Assembly: GCA_041492755.1 (NCBI GenBank)
Contig: JBGPXN010000059.1
Coordinates: 1 to 25,998 of the forward strand
Source of the DNA: Candidatus Methylomirabilia bacterium
GTDB lineage: Bacteria > Methylomirabilota > Methylomirabilia > Rokubacteriales > CSP1-6
Direction: 5' to 3'
Length of the DNA stretch: 25,998 bases
Below, piece by piece: positions 1 through 7,449 of the stretch; position 1 is the stretch's first letter; the number at the start of each line of letters is the position of its first letter. The translations under genes and the position numbers were made by a program. Below the pieces are notes generated by a model. It was given only the letters and a program-made list of their open reading frames with translations, made no database searches and was not told the origin of the DNA.

Positions 1-363
1 CCCGGCGTAGACCGTGTCCGGATCGGTCAGCGATGGTTCGAGATGCCAGACTCGCGCGAACTCCCAGGGGTGCGGCGTGCCGTCGTACCACTGGTGAGTG
101 CCGGGGACGCCGTCGTACACGAACTTGTTGCCCACCGGCTCCCACGTCTTGCCGCCGTCGTTGGAGCGCTGGATCACCTGCCCGAACCAGCCGCTGGATT
201 GCGAGGCATACAGCCGATTCGGGTCAGCGGGAGATCCCTTGAGGTGATAGATCTCCCAACCGCCGAAGTGGGGGCCACTGATGTCCCACCGTTCGCGCTT
301 GCCGTCCGAGGTCAGGACGAACGCGCCCTTGCGTGTACCAACGAGTACCCGTACCTCACTCAT
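1..363 (-). CDS. BNR/Asp-box repeat (exo-alpha-sialidase-like beta-propeller) protein, 5' part; runs off the left edge
   Basis: Not in the ORF track. My minus-strand translation from ATG 363 is open to base 1: [40 protein letters not shown]...[11 protein letters not shown] (Asp-box S-x-D-G-G-x-T-W). AAGGAG RBS upstream. Confidence 0.85.
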   Translation of the reverse strand, partial: MSEVRVLVGTRKGAFVLTSDGKRERWDISGPHFGGWEIYHLKGSPADPNRLYASQSSGWFGQVIQRSNDGGKTWEPVGNKFVYDGVPGTHQWYDGTPHPWEFARVWHLEPSLTDPDTVYAG

Positions 364-491
364 CCCTGACTCCTTGCCGTCGACGGCGCCGCCTCAATGA
401 TCGATTTCATTCGCGCCAGCCCCTTCTCAAAGTTGTCGCCGATCATTCTATCCATGCTCATGAACAGGTGGACGGCCTTGGCCATGAAGTT
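360..491 (-). pseudogene. C-terminal remnant of an SRPBCC/polyketide cyclase-family protein
   Basis: Translates [35 protein letters not shown]...G*, resembling the SRPBCC C-terminal helix (M..MIG.DFEKGLA.MK). Its TGA overlaps the next ATG (ATGA). An in-frame stop lies just upstream at 504-506. Confidence 0.65.
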
Positions 492-584
492 GACTCGCTC
501 AGCTCACGGATCGCTGCGGCGACCGTCGCCACACCCCTCTCGAGGAGCGCGATGGTTTCTGTGCTGGTGCAGTGGAACCCTCCA

Positions 585-941
585 TCAACTTGGCGCGCCT
601 TCCCTCACGGGCCGGACTTCGACCGTGCTCGTGCGGGCCAAGGGAATGCGTGCGACGATGCCGATGGCCTCGTCGAGATCCTTGACGTCGATGAGCATGT
701 AGCCGCCGAGCTGCTCGCGGGTCTCCGCGAACGGACCGTCGGTCACGAGCCGCTTGCCGTCGCGCACCCGGACGCTGGTCGCCGATGACGACGGGTGCAG
801 CGGAAAGCCGCTCAGATACTGCCCGCGCGACGTCAGCTCTTGCGCGAGCTCCATGCTCTCCGCGTAGATCTGCTGTCGCTCGGTCACGCTGAGCCTGTCC
901 CAGACCTGCTCGTCGCGGCAAATCAGCAGCATGTATTTCAC
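585..941 (-). CDS. YciI/YCII-related DGPF(AETKE) family protein
   Basis: MKYMLLIC...VTDGPFAETREQLGGYMLID...VEVRPV. GTG start at 941 follows GGAGG. Confidence 0.9.
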   Translation of the reverse strand: MKYMLLICRDEQVWDRLSVTERQQIYAESMELAQELTSRGQYLSGFPLHPSSSATSVRVRDGKRLVTDGPFAETREQLGGYMLIDVKDLDEAIGIVARIPLARTSTVEVRPVREGAPS

Positions 942-959
942 GGGTCCCTCCATCAGTAG

Positions 960-986
960 GTCGAACAGCGGCGGCGTGAATCGACA
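960..986 (-). promoter_or_regulatory. Putative ECF42-type promoter for the DGPF gene
   Basis: Minus strand TGTCGA-N17-CGAC just upstream of the DGPF gene matches the TGTCGA / CG(A/T)C motif described for ECF42 sigma targets. Confidence 0.65.
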
Positions 987-1015
987 CCCGGCCGGGAATT
1001 ATTCTATCGTGGCGT

Positions 1016-2413
1016 ATGGCTCGGGACGCCCACGCGACGGTCGACGCCGTGTATCGCTCCGATTGGGGCCGGATCGTCGCCACCTTGACCCGGCTCGTTC
1101 GTGACTTCGACGTCGCCGAAGACGCGGCGCAGGAAGCCTTTGCCGCCGCGGTGGACCAGTGGCCGGTGTCCGGCGTGCCCGAGGTCCCGCGCGCCTGGAT
1201 CATCCAGACGGCCCGGCACAAGGCCATCGACCGCATCCGGCGCCGGGCCCGGTTCGAGGAGAAGCTGGACGCGTACACCGCGGCCGGCTTCGGCCAGCCG
1301 ATCGCGGAGCCGTACGACCCGCACGAGATTCCCGACGATCGCCTTCGGCTGATCTTCACCTGCTGTCACCCGGCGCTGGCCCTCGAGGCCCAGGTCGCGC
1401 TCACGCTCCGCACGCTGGGCGGCCTCGAGACGGACGAGATCGCGCGCGCGTTTCTCGTGCCCGCGGCGACGATGGCGCAGCGGCTCGTCCGCGCGAAGGG
1501 CAAGATCCGCGACGCGCGCATTCCGTATACGGTACCCGACACGAACGACATGCCCGCACGGCTCGACGCGGTGCTGACGGTGATCTATCTGGTGTTCACC
1601 GAAGGCTATGCCGCCACGCGGGGCGATGCCCTGGTGAGGACCGATCTTTGCGCCGAGGCGATCCGGCTTGGACGCCTGGTGAGGACCTTGATGGCGCCGC
1701 CGGCGGCGGAAGCCACCGCGCTTCTCGCGCTCATGCTGCTCCACGATTCCCGGCGCGAGGCCCGGCTCGATGGGGTCGGGGATCTCGTCCTTCTCGAAGA
1801 GCAGGATCGCCGCCGCTGGGATCACCGGCAGATCGCCGAAGCGCTGCCGCTCGTCGAGGAGGCGCTCCGGGGCGGGCCTGGCCCGTTCGCGCTGCAGGCG
1901 GCGATCGCGGCCCTGCATTGTCAGGCGGCGCGCGCCGAAGATACGGACTGGCCTCAGATCGTCCGGCTCTACGACCTTCTCGAGCGCGTACAGCCTTCTC
2001 CCATCGTGTCCCTGAACCGCGCGGCGGCGATCGCGATGGCGGACGGCCCGCGGCCCGCGCTCGCACTCATCGATGCGCTCGCCGCGGACGGCGATCTCGA
2101 CCGCTATCACCTGCTCCATGCCACGCGGGCCGATCTGCTGCGCCGCGTCGGATCCTCGGAGGAAGCGGCGAAGAGCTACGCGCGAGCCCTTACCCTGGTC
2201 ACCAATGACCGCGAGCGCCGATTTCTCGAGCGGCGGCTGCGCGAAGTCAGCCGCAAATACCATGACACGCGCGCGGCTCCGCGGCGCTCGTGTCTCACGC
2301 TGGTTGGACTCCGGCTCACCAAGACCGTACGCGTCGAAGGCGTCGATCTTCGTGGCCCAGGCCTTGGGGTGCGGCTGACTGTACTGACCCATCAGCCTGA
2401 TCGATGGTCTTGA
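1016..2413 (+). CDS. ECF sigma factor, ECF42 group (C-terminal TPR-like extension), with an atypical extra ~50-aa tail
   Basis: Sigma2 ([21 protein letters not shown]), family motif [15 protein letters not shown], sigma4 ([21 protein letters not shown]), helical C-terminus ending FLERRLREV. Adjacent to a DGPF gene. Confidence 0.9.
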   Translation: MARDAHATVDAVYRSDWGRIVATLTRLVRDFDVAEDAAQEAFAAAVDQWPVSGVPEVPRAWIIQTARHKAIDRIRRRARFEEKLDAYTAAGFGQPIAEPYDPHEIPDDRLRLIFTCCHPALALEAQVALTLRTLGGLETDEIARAFLVPAATMAQRLVRAKGKIRDARIPYTVPDTNDMPARLDAVLTVIYLVFTEGYAATRGDALVRTDLCAEAIRLGRLVRTLMAPPAAEATALLALMLLHDSRREARLDGVGDLVLLEEQDRRRWDHRQIAEALPLVEEALRGGPGPFALQAAIAALHCQAARAEDTDWPQIVRLYDLLERVQPSPIVSLNRAAAIAMADGPRPALALIDALAADGDLDRYHLLHATRADLLRRVGSSEEAAKSYARALTLVTNDRERRFLERRLREVSRKYHDTRAAPRRSCLTLVGLRLTKTVRVEGVDLRGPGLGVRLTVLTHQPDRWS

Positions 2414-2423
2414 AGTTCGCGTC
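2300..2423 (-). pseudogene. Decayed fragment of an NADPH-dependent FMN reductase-family gene
   Basis: Minus-strand [31 protein letters not shown] resembles the family segment GQY...[28 protein letters not shown] lies upstream in another frame. Confidence 0.5.
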
Positions 2424-2451
2424 AACCAACGCTCGTTGTTGAGCGTGTTCA

Positions 2452-2466
2452 TGGACCCGCTGATTA
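2452..2466 (-). repeat. 15-bp exact copy of part of tRNA-Lys (att-like)
   Basis: tggacccgctgatta at 2452-2466 is identical to 2537-2551 inside tRNA-Lys. Confidence 0.75.
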
Positions 2467-2470
2467 CGCA

Positions 2471-2507
2471 GAATCGGGCGCTTCCGATGGCTGGAAGCGC
2501 CCGATTC
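2471..2507. terminator. Strong hairpin downstream of the tRNA operon, probable terminator or processing structure
   Basis: Perfect 15-bp stem gaatcgggcgcttcc / ggaagcgcccgattc with a 7-nt loop, 3 nt after the tRNA-Lys CCA. No long U-tract. Confidence 0.7.
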
Positions 2508-2510
2508 ATT

Positions 2511-2586
<76 letters not shown>

Positions 2587-2606
2587 GGCGAACCTCCGAT
2601 CCGATG

Positions 2607-2683
2607 TGGTGCGCCTGACAGGATTCGAACCTGTGGCCTTTGGCTTCGGAGGCCAACGCTCTATCCAACTGAGCTACAGGCGC
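2607..2683 (-). tRNA. tRNA-Arg(CCG)
   Basis: GCGCCTGTAGCTCAGTTGGATAGAGCGTTGGC-CT-CCG-AA-GCCAAAGGCCACAGGTTCGAATCCTGTCAGGCGCACCA. Confidence 0.97.
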
Positions 2684-2701
2684 ATCGGTGATCCAGAGTG
2701 C

Positions 2702-2779
2702 TGGGGTGACCGATGGGAATTGAACCCACAACCCCTGGAGCCACAGTCCAGTGCTCTAACCAATTGAGCTACGGTCACC
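2702..2779 (-). tRNA. tRNA-His(GTG), G-1 encoded
   Basis: G-GTGACCGTAGCTCAATTGGTTAGAGCACTGGA-CT-GTG-GC-TCCAGGGGTTGTGGGTTCAATTCCCATCGGTCAC-C-CCA; G-1:C73 pair typical of tRNA-His. Confidence 0.97.
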
Positions 2780-2798
2780 ACGGTCGACGCAACGGTCT

Positions 2799-2827
2799 AT
2801 CCTACTGACCACCCTATTGAGTGTCAA
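2799..2827 (-). promoter_or_regulatory. Sigma70 promoter of the tRNA operon
   Basis: Minus strand TTGACA-N17-TAGGAT ending 19 nt upstream of tRNA-His. Confidence 0.85.
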
Positions 2828-2849
2828 CCGACGGACGGTCCGTCGCAAC

Positions 2850-3740
2850 TCACCGTGGCCGCTCGGCGGCAGCCTCCAGCGCCTGCCGCATCGCGGTGAG
2901 CCCGGCCCGCGGCCCGCGTAGCGGTGTGGCCAGCAACCCGCGGGCGCGGTCGACCGTCAGCCCGGCCCAGAGCGGGCGCGGCGCGCGCTGATTCAGCTCC
3001 GCGGTCGTCACCGGCACGAGCAGGCCTGGGTCGAGCCCGAACTCGTCGCACACGAGGCGCGCGAAGTCGAGGCGCGGCAGCACCGCGTCTCCGGCCACGT
3101 TGATCACCCCCAGCAGACCACGCTCCGCGAGCTCCACGGAGGCCGCGGCGAGATCGGGTCCGTACGTGGGGTTGGACAGCTGATCGGTGACGACGCGCAT
3201 CGGCGTGCCCGCGCGGGCGGCGCGGAGCACGGCGTAGACAAAGTTCTTCTCGTCGCGGTGGGCGCCGTACACGACGTTCGTGCGGACGATAACGGTGCGC
3301 GGGTTCGCGGCGCGCACCGCGTGCTCGCCTTCGAGCTTGCTCCGGCCGTAGACCGAGATCGGATGGGGTACGGCATCCTCTCCGTACGGCCCGGCGGCAC
3401 CGTCGAAGACGTAGTCGGTCGAGTAGAAGAGGAAGCCGGCCCCGCGGCGGGCGGCCGCGCGCGCGGCGGCGGCGGGGCCGTCGCGATTCAGCGCGCGCGC
3501 CTCGTCTTTGTGATCCTCGCAGTGATCGACAGCCGTAAGGCCGGCAGGGCAGAATACCCAGTCCGCCGCCGCCGCCTCGACCATGCTCTCGACCGCGTCG
3601 ACGTCGTGAAGATCGAGCGGGTGGGTGCGCGGATCCGGATGTCCGCGGTGAGTGCCGACGACGACGTGACCCCGGGTGGTGAAGACTTCGGCGAGGGCCG
3701 CTCCGATCTGGCCGGAGGCCCCGATCACGAGCGCGCGCAT
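2850..3740 (-). CDS. dTDP-4-dehydrorhamnose reductase (RmlD)-family extended SDR
   Basis: GASGQIG, STDYVFDG, YGRSKLEGE, DQLSNPT and RAPRP motifs. Confidence 0.85.
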   Translation of the reverse strand: MRALVIGASGQIGAALAEVFTTRGHVVVGTHRGHPDPRTHPLDLHDVDAVESMVEAAAADWVFCPAGLTAVDHCEDHKDEARALNRDGPAAAARAAARRGAGFLFYSTDYVFDGAAGPYGEDAVPHPISVYGRSKLEGEHAVRAANPRTVIVRTNVVYGAHRDEKNFVYAVLRAARAGTPMRVVTDQLSNPTYGPDLAAASVELAERGLLGVINVAGDAVLPRLDFARLVCDEFGLDPGLLVPVTTAELNQRAPRPLWAGLTVDRARGLLATPLRGPRAGLTAMRQALEAAAERPR

Positions 3741-3755
3741 GCGGTGGAAGAGGCG

Positions 3756-4550
3756 CTAGCCTTCCATCTCCCGCGGCGCCGGCCCGCCGTCGATGACGAT
3801 CGTCTCACCCGTCATGTACGACGAGGCATCCGACGCGAGAAAAATCGCCGGCCACGCGATCTCCTCCACGCGTCCCCAGCGCCCCATACCCGTCCGACTG
3901 GCGACCGTGCGGTACGTCTGGTCGGCGTCGGGGTCGGTCTTGTGAAGGACGTCGAGGTAGCCCTCGGTCTCGATCGGGCCGGGCGCAATGCAGTTGACCC
4001 GAACCCCGCGGCGCGCCCACGCCACCGCAAACGCGCGCGTAGCGTTGATGACCGCGGCCTTGGCGGCGCCGTAGTGCGACATCATCGTCGACCCGTAGAC
4101 GCCGGCAATGGACGATAGGTTGATGATCACGCCGCCGGTGGCCTGCGTCATCATCTGGCGCGCCGCCCACTTGCACCCGAGAAAGACACCGGTGAGGTTG
4201 ATGCCGACCACGGTGTTCCAACCGTTGGCGGAGATGTCCTCGGGCTTGGCGCGGAACGATGCGCCCGCGTTGTTGACCATGACGTCGAGCCGTCCGAACT
4301 CGCTCACTGCGCGCTCCACGACGGTCTTCACCTGGTCTTCCTGACGGACGTCGAGTGCGACGGCAAAGGATTTCCGGCCGAGGTCGTGGATCGCCGTGGC
4401 CACGGGCTCCAGGTGTTCCAGCTTGCGGCTGCAAATACCGACGTGGGCGCCGGCACGCGCGAATTCGATCGCGATCGACTTGCCGATGCCGGTGCCGCCC
4501 CCGGTGACGATGGCGGTCTTGCCTTCGAGGGAAAACGGTGAGCGGCTCAT
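3756..4550 (-). CDS. Classical SDR oxidoreductase
   Basis: Start taken as MSRSPFSLEGKT (4550). TGGGTGIG, NNAG, YGAAK, IAPGPI and IDGG motifs. Confidence 0.92.
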   Translation of the reverse strand: MSRSPFSLEGKTAIVTGGGTGIGKSIAIEFARAGAHVGICSRKLEHLEPVATAIHDLGRKSFAVALDVRQEDQVKTVVERAVSEFGRLDVMVNNAGASFRAKPEDISANGWNTVVGINLTGVFLGCKWAARQMMTQATGGVIINLSSIAGVYGSTMMSHYGAAKAAVINATRAFAVAWARRGVRVNCIAPGPIETEGYLDVLHKTDPDADQTYRTVASRTGMGRWGRVEEIAWPAIFLASDASSYMTGETIVIDGGPAPREMEG

Positions 4551-4626
4551 GGGCCGGACCATACCGCACGGCCGCGGGCATGTCGAGCCGCCGCTCGCCG
4601 ATCGATTGGGCGAAGTCGAGGGGCCG

Positions 4627-5214
4627 CTACGGCGCCGGCGGCAACGCGATGTCGGCCTGGCGCCGGGGCACGTCGCGCTCGAGCCGGCGATAGAGCGACG
4701 CGACCGACAGCGACGCGCCGTTGTCCTGCGCGCACGACGAGAGCTTGTCGATGAGCGTCTGCGCCTCCGGCAGCCGGCGCCGTGGCGCCTTGGCCACGCG
4801 ACGGACCTCATCGTCGGGGGCCCGCTTGGCCTCGACCCAGGCTTGCTCCATGTGGGCGGCGAGCAGGATCATTCGATCGACCTCGGTCTGCATGTACGCA
4901 CGCCACTCCGCCGACGACGTGAACTTCGGACAGTCCTCGCGCAGCACGCCCTCGAAGTGCTCGGTCAGCGGCTGCGCCCGCCGCAGGTGATACTGCACGC
5001 GCTCCAGCGGCTCCCGCGGCACGTCGCCCTCCGCCGCCCTCCCCACTCCGATCGCGGTCGTCGCCATCAGGCCGACACCGAGCACCACCGTGCGGAGACG
5101 CCGGAGATCAGCAATGCGCGACGCCGAGCGGATGTGACGCGCAAGGAGCACGACGGAAGCACGGACGAAGAATCCCCGGACGCGAGCCGTCATGGATCGG
5201 GATTCGAGCCTCAT
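4627..5214 (-). CDS. Hypothetical, probably exported helical protein
   Basis: Fills the gap between genes with natural-looking composition. Hydrophobic segment LRTVVLGVGLMATTAIGVGRAA; two Cys. True start may be later. Confidence 0.6.
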   Translation of the reverse strand: MRLESRSMTARVRGFFVRASVVLLARHIRSASRIADLRRLRTVVLGVGLMATTAIGVGRAAEGDVPREPLERVQYHLRRAQPLTEHFEGVLREDCPKFTSSAEWRAYMQTEVDRMILLAAHMEQAWVEAKRAPDDEVRRVAKAPRRRLPEAQTLIDKLSSCAQDNGASLSVASLYRRLERDVPRRQADIALPPAP

Positions 5215-5361
5215 GGAACGTCAGTATACCCGCCCCCGCAGCGATGAACCGTGGAGCGGGTGACGGTCGAAGCACGAGGCGCGCAAAAGACCGACCGCTC
5301 CGCGCGCCAGCTCCGCCAGCCCAATCCTGCTTTGGGGGGGGGGAGGCAGCGACGCGGGCCG

Positions 5362-7449
5362 TCAGGCCCGCGTCGCGTCGGAAGGGGGGCGGAGGCCCCC
5401 GCCGAGGGACGTCGCTGCCGCCAGCACACGGCGCAGGTCATCGCGCCGGAACGGCTTGGCGATCACGTGCTCGACGCCGTGGCGCTCGGCCTCGTCGGAG
5501 TCGATGCGGTCGCTCCAGCCCGTGACCATCGCGACCGGCGTGCGCGGCGCGCGTTCCTTGATGAGTCGCGCGACGTCCCACCCGGACAAGCCGGCCATCC
5601 CGAGGTCGGTGATGACGAGGTCGAATTGGTCACTGTCGAAGGCTTCGAGCGCCGATTCGCCGTCCATACACGCGACGACGCTGTGGCCATCACGCACGAG
5701 GAGATCTCGCAGCGCGGCGCGCACCTCGGGCTCGTCGTCCACGATCAGCACCCGCGCCCGCTCGCACGGGCCCGGGGTGGGCGCGATACCGACGACGACG
5801 TCGGGGGTCTTGGAGATCGGCAGGCGCAGGGTGAAGGTGCTGCCGGCGCCCACCTTGCTGCGCACATCGACTTCACCCCCGTGGCGCGTCACGATGCCGT
5901 AGACGACGCTGAGCCCCAGGCCGGTGCCGCGCTCGCCCTTGGTGGTGAAGAACGGATCGAACACGCGCTGGCGCACGTCGTCGGGCATCCCGATCCCGGT
6001 GTCGGCGATCGAGCACACGACGCGCCCCTCTTCCACGCTGGTGATGAAGGTCACCGTGCCGCCGGCCGGCATCGCGTCGAGCGCGTTGAACAGGATGTTC
6101 GTGAGCGCCTCGCGGATCTCCGAGGGATTGCCCTGGACCGCGGGGACCGGCGCCGTCTCCAGCCGCAGCTCGTAGCGGATGCCCTTGGCCTCGGCCTCGT
6201 CCTTCCAGCGGGACCGGGTCAGCTCGCGCAGCTCGACGATGAGCTGGTTGAGATCCACCACCTGAAAGTCGCGGGCGCGGCGGATGCGAGTGAACTCCTG
6301 GATACGCTTGACCGTCTGGGTACCGTCGAGGGCCGCCCGCACGATGACGTCGATCTGGCGCTGGACGGTCGGATCGTCGACGCTGACGCTCAGGACCTCC
6401 GCGCGCGCGATGATGATGGCCAGGATGTTGTTGAAGTCGTGCGCGACGCCACCCGCCATCTCGCCGAGCGCGCGCAGCCGCTCGCCCTGCACGATCCGGC
6501 GCTGCGATTCCTCCACCGTCCGCAGCGCCGCCTTCATGCGCTCGTACAACTGCGAGTTCTCGATGCAGGTCGCGACCTGGTTGGCGACGATCTTGAGGAG
6601 CTGCTCCTCTTCCCCGGCCGCGCCCGGCGGCAGCACGTAGCGCGCGCTCATCACGCCGAGGTCGTGGCCCCGCGCCGTGAGTGGCGTCCGCCACTCGACG
6701 TCCGTCCAGCCCTGCGCTTCCGTCCCCGTCGCCGTCGCGAGCAGGCTCGGCACCGGCTCGGTGCCCTCCACCTCCACCCGCAAGCCTTCCGGCTCGGTGA
6801 GCTCCACGGTGAGTCGCCGGGTGCCGAGCGCGCGCCCCACCGCGGGGAGCAGTTGCTCGAGCAGCGTGCGCTGGTCCAGCTCCGAGGTGACGTCGCGCAT
6901 GGCGGTATGGAGCGCCTCGAGCTGGCTGGCCCGCCGAATGAAGTGGCCGTTGACCCGCTTGAGCTCCTCCACCCGCTGCAGCAGCCGGTAGACGAGATGC
7001 TGGTTCAGCTCGCGCAGGAAGACGCCCTCTTCGCTCTGGGCCAGCCGCTCCCGCTTTCCGTGCAGGAACTCGGCGATCTGCTTGGGCAGCTCGTCGACGT
7101 CGATCGGCTTCTGAATATAGCCGTCGCAGCCGGCCACGAGCGTGCGCTGGCGATCGCCCGGCATCGTGTAGGCGGTCACCGCCACCACCGGCGTGTTGGC
7201 CAGCTGCGGCAGCGACCGGAGAACCGCCACCACTTCGTAGCCATCGATGGTGGGCAGGTTGATGTCGAGCAGGATCAGCGCGGGCGGCTCCCGGAGCGCG
7301 GCCTCGATGCCGGCCAGGCCGTCCTCGGCGTCGTGCACCGTGTAGCCGGCCGGGGTGAGGACCGACCGCACGAGCATCCGGTTCTCGGGGTTGTCCTCGA
7401 TGTAGAGAATGGTGGGCCGCTTCGCGTCCCGCCGGGCCATCGTCGTCAT
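5362..7449 (-). CDS. Cytoplasmic hybrid histidine kinase REC-GAF(-like)-HisKA-HATPase-REC
   Basis: DivK-like N-terminal REC (IEDN, LLDINLP, QKP); H-box AHDFNN; N-box NILFNA; DTGIG, FDPFFTTK, GTGLGL; C-terminal REC (VDDE, TDLGM, KP). ATGA overlap with the upstream kinase. Confidence 0.93.
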   Translation of the reverse strand: MTTMARRDAKRPTILYIEDNPENRMLVRSVLTPAGYTVHDAEDGLAGIEAALREPPALILLDINLPTIDGYEVVAVLRSLPQLANTPVVAVTAYTMPGDRQRTLVAGCDGYIQKPIDVDELPKQIAEFLHGKRERLAQSEEGVFLRELNQHLVYRLLQRVEELKRVNGHFIRRASQLEALHTAMRDVTSELDQRTLLEQLLPAVGRALGTRRLTVELTEPEGLRVEVEGTEPVPSLLATATGTEAQGWTDVEWRTPLTARGHDLGVMSARYVLPPGAAGEEEQLLKIVANQVATCIENSQLYERMKAALRTVEESQRRIVQGERLRALGEMAGGVAHDFNNILAIIIARAEVLSVSVDDPTVQRQIDVIVRAALDGTQTVKRIQEFTRIRRARDFQVVDLNQLIVELRELTRSRWKDEAEAKGIRYELRLETAPVPAVQGNPSEIREALTNILFNALDAMPAGGTVTFITSVEEGRVVCSIADTGIGMPDDVRQRVFDPFFTTKGERGTGLGLSVVYGIVTRHGGEVDVRSKVGAGSTFTLRLPISKTPDVVVGIAPTPGPCERARVLIVDDEPEVRAALRDLLVRDGHSVVACMDGESALEAFDSDQFDLVITDLGMAGLSGWDVARLIKERAPRTPVAMVTGWSDRIDSDEAERHGVEHVIAKPFRRDDLRRVLAAATSLGGGLRPPSDATRA

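Noticed and set aside
43..369. 108-aa plus-strand ORF
   Set aside because: Antisense shadow of the BNR-repeat gene, which has the motifs and the RBS.
2300..2450. Integrase C-terminal remnant next to tRNA-Lys
   Set aside because: No catalytic H-x-x-R or LGH motif; the FMN reductase segment fits better.
2607..2683. A37 rather than G37 in tRNA-Arg(CCG)
   Set aside because: This loop sequence occurs in many bacteria and is not unusual.
2850..3740. Rhamnose biosynthesis cluster
   Set aside because: Only an RmlD-like gene is present, with no rmlA, rmlB or rmlC, so no gene symbol was assigned.
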